A DNA stretch of 64,000 nucleotides, taken from the NCBI GenBank assembly GCA_040285825.1, contig JAUPSS010000005.1, forward strand, positions 1,364,001 through 1,428,000, written 5' to 3'. Shown piece after piece: positions 15,001-27,300 of this stretch. The number at the start of each line of letters is the position of its first letter. Position 1 is the first letter of the stretch. Source of the stretch: Eukaryota sp. TZLM1-RC. Taxonomy: Eukaryota; Protista; Metamonada: BaSk clade. The position numbers and the translations under genes are program-made. Below the pieces are notes generated by a model. That model had not been told where the DNA came from, made no database searches, and saw nothing but the letters and a program-made list of their open reading frames with translations.

Positions 15001-18000
15001 TCCTGGCCAGAAATCTTGGAAGATCCAAATAAAGTCATATTGTTTATAACAACTTCATGATTTGTATCAAAAACAACATGAGTTCCGTTAACATCAAGGA
15101 AATTTAAATGAAGAGGTTCAACAAGTTCGGAAAATACCATAGATCCGCCATTAAGACTCATTCCTAAAAACAGAACATTTCCAATTAAATTGGATAAGGA
15201 CAATGAACCACCATTAATAATTAAGTTGGAAACAACAACATCACACTTCAAAGAGCTAAATTCAACAGAACCTTCTATAATTAAATGTGATAATTCAAAA
15301 ATTCCAGTGTCAGGGCACTCGGAAAACCCAATAGAACCTCCTTTTGGTACAACTAAAGAAGAAACATTGTAAACAGAACCCTCCATAAAATGTAGATAAC
15401 CAGAACCAAGAATAATATCAGGATCAAGCAGGAAAAAACCTTCAAAAAACACAGAAGAACCATCAGTAATAAAGTAAGTGGCCTCCAAGTTATCATTTAA
15501 TCCTCTTAACTTAGAATGAGAGGGAAAAATAAACTCCCCATCGGCCAATTCAAGAGTACAATTAGCACATAAAACAATATCAGAATTAAAAATACCACCT
15601 CCAGCAATTCTAAAGATAGAATCATCAATGACATTAATTAAGGCTTCTGAATGAATATACCAAGAAATATCAAAATTATTCATTACAGTGAAAACATCAG
15701 AGGGCGAAGCAAGGTAAAAAAGAGACCTAGTTTGATTGGAAGCATCAGATTGCTTCCATACTGAGGGTGATAATAAAGTGATATCGGCACCTTCTAGAAC
15801 AGTAAAACCGGCACCAGAATGACCAACAAAATAACCATCTGAATCTAAAATAAGAGTACCATATAGGTCTATTAAAGAGTTTTCGAGTAATTGTTTATCA
15901 GCATTACCAGTGAATAACACAGAGGCTTCACTATTGATGTTGATAACAGTATTGTTAGTTGAGAAACTGCCTTTGTCCACAGTCAAGAGATTTGTTATAG
16001 AAATCTCATTATTAATTGCCCTGATAGTACCCTTTTCCAACAAAACTTCTTCTAAATAAGCAAAGGAGTCAGTGAAGGTAATAGTAGAATTGTTATCAAT
16101 GAGGGTCAGTGGTAAGTAAAGAGAATCTTCAGTTGTAAACGAAGAATCAAACAATAAATCACCACCAATAAGATTAACAAAAGGAGTAATAATATCATCA
16201 GTATCAATAAATTCAATAGCACCACCAATAGAAGTAATTGAGGTAAAGTTATTTCGACCTTGGGATTCTGAATCTACGCTTCTAAAAGTACCATCAATAG
16301 AAGTAATGGAATCCAAATTCATTTCAGTTGAACTAGAAAATTCAAAAATACCGCCTGAATGTTCATAATTGGGTTCCAAACTGTAAGTACCTGCGAAAGA
16401 AACATAGGCATTTGGTTTGGTTTCAACACTAGAAGGAATTGATTTAAATTGAGAATTTGAATCGATTTCAAAAAATAAAGGTTCAAGACAAGGTACTTCA
16501 CTAGTGGAGTACAAACAGATACCATCAAAAACAATAGAACTATCGGTGATATTAAAATAAGAAAAGGTCAAATCACCTCCTCCAGCCAAAGTAACAGGGT
16601 CTGATTCAACATTAAAGGTGACCGTCCCTTGTAAAAAGGGTGAAATAAGCGCAGATTGTTTGAAATTGACTATACTATCAGTTTTGAAAATGAACTTGGC
16701 TCGATTTGACTCGAATGGTAAATGAGTAATAATAAGAGCACTATAAATATCAAAATTAACATTGTCACCAAGAATTAATTCAGCTTTTTGACCCATATAA
16801 AGTGTATCTACGTCAGAATTAACAATAGAATCAGCTAACAACTCAACTCTGGCATTATTAGTCATAGTTTTGGCATCAGAGCTTTTAAATTCAACAGCTT
16901 GTTCAAATAAAGTTTTCCCAGAATCAATGAATCTTCCACCAGTAAAAAGGGAACTTTTTTTAACAATTAGTGTATCACTACCAGACCTGGTAGATTTATC
17001 ATTAAGATTAAAAAAATCTAAACAAATTACATCCTTTCCCGTGTTGAGATTAAGAATAGCATCACTTTTTAAATTAATTGAAGGTAATTCAAGACTAAAT
17101 TCCAAATATCCAATGTCTAATAGACCACTTATATTAATTAAGGGTAGTACAAGAGCAGATTCAACAGTATCAATGTATAATTCAGAATTGGGAAGGAGAG
17201 TTAAATCACAGTTGATATTGATAGAATCCGAATTAGAAAGAAAAACACTTGTGGGTTGATTGGTTGATGACAGCTCAAAATAATCAAAATCAATTGAAAT
17301 AATATTATTTGTTGCAACAGAGCCAGTAGAAATGGAAAACAGGTTAGCTGAGAATGAATTACAATCAATAGCAAATAACGACGCTGAATTAGAAACTTTT
17401 TGGAAAAAGTCAGCAAAATTGATGGAATAAACTGATGACAATTCCATATTGGCATGATTAACAAGGGTACCCTGGACATTATAAGAGTTACGTATTTGTA
17501 ATACAGAATTATTTATAACAGAGTAATTTAAAAGTATCACGTCACTAGAAACGTCAACAATATCAACATGACTTTCATGTTTTTGAGTTCCTTTCTGAAT
17601 CTGGAAGTTCTGTAGATTGCCCACAGAAAGAGTAGAATTTCCCCCAATATTAATTGAATCAAAATTTAAATTTCCAAAATTGAATAAATGAAACCTAGAG
17701 GAATCATACAATTCAACAAATGGGAAAGAAAGATCAATAGCCGAACTCACAATTTCTAAAACAGACCTTCCAAACAAAGTTATATTAGAACTTACGACTT
17801 CAGATTGAGAGGATTCGATTAACAAAGTGTTATTAGAACCAGTTAGTGTTTTTAAAAAGATTTTTCCTGGCAAATGGTTAAAAGTCACCAAGCCAGAATA
17901 GTAAAAATGATTAATACTAATAGAATCATGAGAGCCAATAGATTCACACAAAAGAGCACCATTATCTAAAACGAAATCATTGACAAATAGACTAGAAACA

Positions 18001-20052
18001 AGATTAATAAATACAGATTCAACTAAATTAAGTTTAATTGAACTGAATTGCCAAATATCCTGAGAATAAACACAATTATTAAATTCAAGTTCACCGGATA
18101 AACCTTCTACAACAGTAATTTCTTTTATAAAAGCATTAATAAATCTTAATGAACCTGATGGTTTTGAAATAATAGGAGACGCGGAATAATTACCTTTAAA
18201 AACAATTTCACCGCCAACACCAGGGTTTAAGTGACCTTTACCAAAAACCACGGAATCTGAAACAAAAATAATTAAATTACCACTAGTAGAAACAAAGGAA
18301 CCTTCACCAAGAGAAAAAATACTATTAATAAGAGGCCCATTTGTACTTTCAATTAAAAACTCAGTATGCTTATCCAAAGTAAAATTACTATTTGGAGCGA
18401 ATAAAGATGAAACATTTGGAGTAATTATAAAACCTGGAGAATTCACAGTAAAATTACCAGCAAAAGAGACCTGAGAGCTTGCGTCTCCGATAGTGGTTAG
18501 AAGAATAGGTGATTCTACTCTGGGCTTGATGTAACTCCAGGAAGTTGATTCGAATGCAACACTGGTTTCATCGTCCAGTATAATGGGAAATTCTGAATAC
18601 AAATGAGCTTCACTTTTAAAAGACACGGTGGAAAAGCTACTAATGACAAGGGTACCGTTAATAAAGGCATTTCCCTTTACAATAAAATCAACATTAGAAA
18701 ACAAAACAGCTGGATAAGTTTCTGTGGAAGAATGCAAATAAAAATCTCCAGATAAAATTACACTATTTCCCAAATGACCATTGAACCAATCCATTTTGTC
18801 CGACACTTTGAGTACATCAGTGCCAGAAACCAATGGTAATTCGTATTCACAGCCAGAGCCTAGTGTAAGGGTATCAATTTCAGCAGCGGTACCAGATTCT
18901 AAAACAAGAAAAGAATTACCAACAACACTCAGAGAGACTAGCTTAATTTCACCAGAACTTGGTTGAAATTCAAGCCCAGCATCTCCATCAAGTTTGATAA
19001 TATTAGTGAAAGAACCCAACGGATTCCAAGAAGCACCTGATTCTATTAGGAAATAACCACTTTTTACATCAACTAAGAAACTATTAAGTCTTAAACTTGA
19101 AGAAGATTCCCAAATGACTGCACTAGATTCACCAGCATCATGACAAAGAAAACTTCTGGTAGTAGAACCATCAACAAATCTTAAAAGAGAACCTTCCCCA
19201 ATTATTAGATCTCCTGGGAAGTTATAATCACCATTTACTTCTACAGTTAATTGAGGGGTAATAATTAACCTTCCCCTCTGAGTAATAGAAGAGTCCCTGC
19301 CGAATCTTGTATCTGCTTCTAATACCAAATCTCCATGTAAAGCAAACTGAGCAGTAAGGTCACCAGGTTTAGTTAGAACAAGAGTACCGCTTTCGATAGA
19401 AACACGTTCTCTCGCGTGGAAGGTGACATCAATTGTAACAGTTCCAGTAGTTGAAACAATCACATCACGGGTACATTCAAAATTGGGATTTTGGCCTCCA
19501 TTATGGTCCTGATCAGGGGCTAGTTCGATAAATGAAGGGGAGGAAAAGTCAATGATACCAGAATTCAGCAGAATCGCACCCTCTGCAAGGCCAAGGTAAG
19601 CAGTGTCTGTGGAACTGAAAACAAGACGGCCTTGATTAGAGAGAGGAACGTGAAGGGACTTGGGGAAGGAGGAAGAGATCATCGAGTCCTCAAGGAGGAG
19701 GAGGAAACCTGATCCAAAGATGGAACCGGAGATGTAGTGAAAGTCATTAATAGTGAAGGAAGCAGCTGGGGCGAGTTCGAGAGAAAAGTAGCAGTCATCG
19801 GCTCCAATACGTAGAGAAGAGAGTGGAAACATTCCCCGGACAGAAAAGACAGTGTAGTTTGAGAAGAGACAGGATGTGAGATAGACATCATCATTGTGTT
19901 CGGGTACACCATCAGACCAACATAAGTCGTTTGCCCATTCACAACCTTCTTCATCTAGATAGTGCGTTGCTAGGGTAGGGTATACTTAAAGATAACATAC
20001 TCTTCGCAAAGGTGAGTACCGATAGCAGGAAAAATGTTACAAACAGCTTCAT
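1..20052 (-). CDS. Giant secreted/surface repeat protein (>6,670 aa in window, C-terminus beyond window start); join(20001..20052, <1..19969)
   Basis: ATG at 20052 gives a signal-peptide-like MKLFVTFFLLSVLTFAK. Removing a 31-nt GTATGT..TAG intron gives TTHYLDEEGCEWANDLCWSDGVP, collinear with the 56487 paralog. The frame was spot-checked open at ~15000, ~10020, ~4380 and 3. The ORF track lists no minus-strand ORF in this frame, consistent with no stop before the window edge. Content includes beta-helix-like WxGG repeats, an FYLSANGINDECCGPSSYPC cap and IPT/TIG-like segments near 2400-2700. Confidence 0.9.
19970..20000 (-). other. 31-nt spliceosomal intron (phase 1)
   Basis: GTATGTTATCTTTAAGTATACCCTACCCTAG. 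Its removal joins the signal peptide to the giant ORF, and it sits at the same position and phase as the intron in the 56487 paralog. Confidence 0.88.
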
Positions 20053-21396
20053 CTGACAACCGTAAAAGAGGGATTCATTTGATTGAAATTTGAAATGTTG
20101 ATCTGTTGAAATTTTCCCATATACACATCAAATAACAGGATTTGGATGAAATACTCTACTCGTAATTGATTGACTATTTTCTGTTACCATAAGAAATTGT
20201 AGAAAATCATTACAGAATTATTTAAATTTATTAAAAACCTTCCTAATTTTTAAAAAAACACTTTGAAAGAAACTGAGATAGATATTTTAATCAATTCATG
20301 AATGTGTTCCGTCGTCAGCTAACATTTGATAATTTTGAAAATCAAGGTAGAAAAGTAGTGAAAATGGGCAGCCAAAAATTAGTTTGCAAAATACCTGATA
20401 AGTGATCAATATCGTTCTTAAAAGAGACACACCCATCCGTCAACATCAACGAACTACTATTGGTGTCCAATTGAATCTAAATTGCATTTTTTCTTTTGAT
20501 GCTTTTTAAAGAAATTCCAACAATGTTGCAAATATACCTGAACCTGATTAAATTTTTGTGGGAAGTCAATAATTCTTTTGCATCGAATTTAACAATTTAT
20601 TTTCACAGATCCAAATAGAATGCAGTGAGTTTTTGCATATGGATGTTTTCAATGTTTTATTTTTGGACAATGATTTTCTGAGAACCGTTGTAAAAAGAAA
20701 GTCGTGCTAGCACGTATTGAATTTGAAGCCATCATCAGTTGGAATCCATCCAAACAGAACAGGATGATTTATTAGAATAAAACGTCATACAAATAAATGG
20801 AAGTGATGATCACATTCCATTAGGATAAACAAGACAATTGTTAAACAAGGAAAATAGTGGTAGGATTTGGTGCATCAAAAAGATCAAATTTGTGTTACCT
20901 TAAGTTATAAGGAAATTGTAAACTTGTTTGTATTGCTTTCTTATTATCTATAAACAGAAGCCATTGAATTGAAGCAAGTAATTTTGTTTAAAAGTTTGCC
21001 AAAATATGTTCAAAATAAACCAAGTTATTATTTATCTATTAATGACATTCTCGAATTTAATATGCTTTGATCGAAATAGAATTTCAATTTGCATTCCAGT
21101 AGCATTGGTGAAAACACAAGCATATTAGGACTTTGTAGCAGAAATCTCGGATGACTCTTTCCTTCAGTTCTGAATATTGTTCAAACTCAATAAAAACATA
21201 ATACAAATGGCTGTTCAATTGTTTCATTTCCAATGCTCAATTTCTGAGAATATTTGAAAATGTTCATAAGTTGATTTGTATATTTAATTCACTGCTGAAG
21301 CTCAAAATTACTATGTTTTAAATCAAAAATATAAAAAACAATTTATTGATCATATGGACGAATTTAAAATCTTGAGACAAGACAACCAAAAAACAA

Positions 21397-24300
21397 CTAA
21401 CTCTCGCCAATAAAATTCGGCAAATTTGGATAAATGTGGTCCCCCTTTGATTGTTTTACACTTTTGTTCTGTTTCTTCAAAGATGAAAGTGGAACCGGTG
21501 GTACAAATGTTACTACATTGTTTGGTAAATGTCGTGATTGCTGATTCAACAAAGATTCATTGGGCAAACAATCAGAATAGTTATCAATAAATTTCGACTT
21601 ATCGGCAGATTTTACTGGTTTCAAAGAAATTCCACTGATTGATGAATGAGTATCGTCATCTTCATCGTGTCGTGCTAAGCTCGGTAATTGGGTCGAAGGT
21701 TTGGAATAAAGTGGCAACATTGTGTCACATTGGTTCAAATTTGATGGTGTTTTTGATTGACCAGTATTGAGATTCTGGATACTATCCTTTGCCTTACGGG
21801 TAGCAAAGAAATACAATACTAAAACAAGTAACAAAACGACAACCCCAATCAAAATGTAGCTTCTGTAACCAAAATTTGCTCTGTCCCGAACTTGACTATC
21901 AATAATATCCTCTGTATCATCATTATTAGGAAGTTTGTCAATAGAGAATTCTATACCCGCCTGTTCGAAGAAATCAGCATCAACCAACAAAATATAGGTT
22001 CCAGATGGTCCTTGAAAGACAACATCAACTAAGATATGCTGCTTTGAAAAATCAATAATATTTGTGTAAACCTCCACGGAAACATTTGATTTGATGGAAA
22101 ATTCTAATTGGTTAGAATAATCTTCGTCAAAAATGATCAATTGTTTAAAATAATCCATTATAGCAACAACCAGTGTTCTATTCAGAGCTGTTGAATCTGC
22201 TTCCATCCAGGCAAGACTTAATGCAAAACCATTAGTAGCTACGTCGTTTCCCCATTGGTTAGCCATACAGTTATGGAAATTATTGCTCAAAACATCAATG
22301 AACGATTCATTAAAATTGTGAACAAAATTCAAAAAGTTTATAAACATAGCACCCCCAGCTCTGTTGGCTTGGTTATCAATAAAACTGTTGTTATTGATTG
22401 TAACATTAAAGTTGTATAGATCATCTTGAATATACAGTGATCCACCTTCATGGGTTGCAAAAGAGTTGATGAAAAGATTGTCCTCACAAATGAAATTCAA
22501 TGGACTAAATACTGATATGCATCCACCAAAGGACCCAATGTTACTTTCAAAAACATTATAATTATGTAATAAACTATTGGTCGATTGTTCTAGAATTATT
22601 GGGCTGAGAGGTGATTCATTGTGTTTGAAAGTACTTTGCTCCAATTCGAAAGTTGAGCCATTAATGCAATGAATTAGAACTCCATAATTATCAGCAACAG
22701 TACATTCCTTGATTAGAAGGGTACAACCAGAGCAGAGCAACAATGGTACTGTATTATTGAAGTCTGTATAAAAATTTGTCAAAGAACTGTTTTGTAAAAG
22801 AATTTTGCTTTGATGAAATTCCAAAGCAGAATAGTCGTCTGACAACGTAACGTTATCAAAAGTACAAGAATAAAATTCCAAATTACTTTCTACGGAATTA
22901 AATAGTGGTACATTTGAATTAGCAAAAACCAACTCATTCAGGATGTAATCTGACTGAAAAGATTTGACAACTCCCTTTTTAAGTAACAAATTTTCATTAA
23001 ACACAAGGCCAACTAGGTCAATTTGAGAACTCTTGGATTCAATAAAATAAAATCCATGGTAATGATGATTTGCATTGTTCGAGAAATTACTTAGTGATAC
23101 TACAGAATCATTGATATAGTTAATGCTATCATCGAAATGACAGTTATCAATGATGAAAGTGTCCATTTGAACAACTGAACTATCAGCAGTCAACAATGAT
23201 TTTGATTGGAAATTTGATTGAAATTTGATTGGCTTTGACTGAAAATTACTTGCCCTTTGAATATTTATTGATGCTTGACTAAAAAGATTCTGGAAAAAGA
23301 CGTTTCTTGCTTTGAGGTTTGAATTGGTTAATTCAAAGTGACCATCAGTAGCAGTTGAATCACGAACAAGAACAGCTTCTAAATCAATGGTAGAATCAGT
23401 AGCAACAATAGATTGAGATTGACAACCAACAACAACTACATCATCAAAATCAACATTAGATTTAACAAGGGTAATAAGGGGTTCATCATTAGCACATCCA
23501 CTGATAACTTTACCATCAGAATCAACTGGACCTAAAGTTTTGACTTTGGTGAAGTCCATGGTTGATTCATCAGCATTGATAAAAGAACCTGAATAAGAAG
23601 TAAGATCGATAATATCCAAATTAGTGAAAGAAATTTCAGTTTTAGAAATGGAATCAATTAATCTAAAAACAGATGAATCAAGTATTTGAGAATCAATCAA
23701 AGTAACTTTACTAGAGGAAATCTTCAATAGGGCTTCAGATGGAGTATCAATATTTAAAATTTGTAGACGCAAACCATCAATTTTAGAATCACTCTTTACG
23801 TCAAAAACTTTACCTTCAAGATTGTTAAATTCAACATCAGTTGCAGTGAAATTAGAATTGGTTAATTCAACATGTCCAGAAGCTTCTGAATCTAGTACAT
23901 CAACATTAGTAAAGGTAACATCTGCATTGTTAATACCAACAAGAAATTGGGACAAATGACCAATAAGTGAGGAATCAGCCAAAGTAACTTCTGAATTATC
24001 AACAGTAAATAGAGGATCAGTAAATGAACAAGTTACAGTAGTTGAAGTAGTAGATTCCTTGACAATATTGATATTATCTAAGGTTAATTCAGAACTACTT
24101 GAAGCATCAAATAAAGAACCACTATAAGTATTGGGATGAGATACCGTCAAATCATCAATTTTAATAGTAGAATCAATAGATTCAAAAGCTGGCCTTACAC
24201 AAGAATTAATAATTTCAGTTTGTTTTAAATCAATAGTGGAGGAATCAGTAATCATCATTGGATCATTATTAGTAGTGGTATCAATGACTTTAACATTTAA

Positions 24301-27300
24301 CCCTTCAACTTTAGAATCACTCTTTACATCAAAAACTTTACCTTCAAGATTCTTAAATTCAACATCAGTTGCTTTGAAATTAGAATTGGTTAATTCAAAG
24401 TGACCATTACTAGCAGTAGAATCACGAACTAGAACAGTTTCTAAATCAATAGTAGAATTAGTAGCAACAATAAATTGAGATTGACAACCAACAACAACTA
24501 CTTCATCAAAATCAACCTTAGATTTAACAAGGGTAATAAGGGGTTCATCATTAGCACATCCACTGATAACTTCATTATCAGAATCAACTGGACCTAAAGT
24601 TTTGACATTGGTGAAATTGAAGGTTGAATCATCAGCATTGATAAATGAACCAGTATTAGATTCATGGTGAACAATATCAAAGTCAGTAATGGTAATTGTG
24701 GAAGTTTTGGAATCAATAATGTTACTGAATTTAGTATCAGAAAGGTCAACAGTGGTCAAGGTAAGATCAGAATTATTGATCACAATTAAGTCATCAGAAT
24801 TTGAGTTTGAATCAGAAATACCAACATTGGTTCCAGTAACTTTAGTATTATCTTGAATATTGAAAACTTTACCTTCAAGACCTTGGAAATTGGCATTATT
24901 CATAGTCAATGTAGTTTTGGTTAATTCAAAGTGACCATCGGTAGCAGTTGAATCACGAACAAGAACAGTTTCTAAACCAATAGTAGAATCAGTAGCAACA
25001 ATAGATTGAGATTGACAACCAACAATGACTACATCATCAAAATCAACATTAGATTTAACAAGGGTAATAAGAGGTTCATCATTAGCACATTGACTAACAA
25101 GTTCCATCTTGTTAAATACAACAGTGGATTCTGCTAAGAAGATGATGCTTGAAGTTCCAAAATAAAATAGTTGTACAAATGAAAATTCCAAATTGGAATT
25201 GTTTGCAATAATTTCACATGAAATGTGTATTTTAGTCATTTTTGAGTCACCTTCACCTTGAAATACTACATCCAAAAATTCTAAATCTATATCGAAATTA
25301 GTTCCATTATAAACACCTTCTTTCAGAATAATTGTTCCGCTATTACCCATTTTTTCCATGATTTTACTAACTGACAAACAAGGGTATGTAGAGGGACCAC
25401 AGCATTCGTCATTAATTCCATTGGGGGACAAGTAAAAAGTGTGTATCGAGTCCAAGACATCTTCAGTAACAACAACATCAACAGAAGAACTTGTAGTTGT
25501 TATATCGAAGAAAAATTCACATTTGATTTCAATAGAATTAAAATAAGAAACACTGGACGAAAATAGAATTATAGAAATTACAGAATCTTTGGGTAAGTTT
25601 CGGTGAACAAAATCAACAGATAAAATGCCGTCCAATTCTACACTTCCGGTTGCTACAAGCTGTGGAGTGTTAGTTCGCATGTTGTCTAAAACAACCATAG
25701 ACGAATCGTGTAGCATCAAATCTCTCCCAACATCAATAGATCTAGTGGGTCGTATGGTACCATAATTGATTAAATCTGCATCAATGACCCCATAGCCGGT
25801 GATTTCATTGCCCAATAGATTTATTACTGTTGGAGTGGACCAAATTTCACCACCATGTAGTAATATATCTGAATTAAACACAAGCTTATCAACATCTTTG
25901 ATCTCAATAATTCCTGAATTATCAATTAATTTTCTAAAAATAAATCCTGCATTCTCGCCAACTATAGAACCAGTATCACTAATGAGAATTGCAGAATCTA
26001 TATCCAAGTACAATGGTGACAGATTGCTGATTTTTCCTTCTACTTCCACAACAGAACTTCCTTGATGGCTAATCCTCGGAATTTCAAAGTTTTCATCCAC
26101 GAAGAAATGATACCATCCAGTGAAGACATTTTCTATCGCCATTTCAGATGTCTCAATTACTAAGTCAGGAGATGAGGAAGAAGATGTCCAACTGAACAAT
26201 TTCTTTTCAATGTTCAAAGCAAAAGCTATTTGATCCCCTCTGAAAATACTGGTGACATAGCCCAAATTTTCAACTCGTCCAGGACTGTGACTTATTCCTG
26301 TCCTTCCAAGCACTGCTCCACAACTATAAACATCCCCCTCTTGTGACAAAAAAATAATATAGTTTAACCCACATGTGGCTTCAATTATTTGAAATGATGC
26401 TGATTCGACAATATTTCCTGGAACGTGTCTATCTTCAAAATCACCCACACAAAGCTGACCATGATCATTTCTTCCAGCGGTAAGTAACTCATCATTGATG
26501 GTGATGAACATGGAAACTACACGACAACCAATTACTTTTCTAAGTGGCTCAATAGAAATTGGGATTGGCGAATGTTCATCAGCATCAAACCCAAAAGTTC
26601 CCAACCCCAACTGTCCGTTATAGTTTTGCCCCCAAACAAACACATCCCCATTTGAAGTAATTGCAAGACCATGTGCACTGCCTGCAGAAACATCAACCAC
26701 ATCACTCAAAAGATCAATTTTAGTGGGTGTACTTCGCGATGACGTATCACCATGACCAAGATTACCTTTCCAATTATCACCAAAAGAGTAAACGTCACCA
26801 TTAACTGTCAAAACAAGACTGAAATCATAACTTGCAGAAATCTGAACAACTTTGGTCATCATGACAACTTCAGTAGGGATAACAACAGATGATACAGACC
26901 CCAACCCTAATTGTCCATAGTTGTTTCTTCCCCAAGCAAAAAGAATACCTTCACTAGTGAGGGCTAGGGTATGGTCAAATCCACCTTCTATGACCTCAAA
27001 CTTTTCATCTGTGTTGACAGGAAGTAGTTGGTGAGGATTGCTGGCATCACCAGTACCAGTTCTACCATGTCTACCGTCTCCCCAAGCCATAAGGGAGTAT
27101 TCAGAATGAGAGGAGTGGTCAATATTCAGCTCAGCATTTTGGTTAATTATAATTTTAGAATTGATTAATTTAACATTTCCACGAACAAGCTTTCCATTTT
27201 CATTCAATTCAAGTGTAATGTTGCTGAAACAAACACTACCCACCAATTCAAGGTGAAATGAGGAGAAGTAGGCATGAATATCAAAGGAAGACTCGATCTC

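Noticed and set aside
484-19954. The many 60-130 aa track ORFs in the first 20 kb
   Set aside because: They are antisense or off-frame shadows of the giant minus-strand gene. The same applies to the short ORFs overlapping the other host genes.
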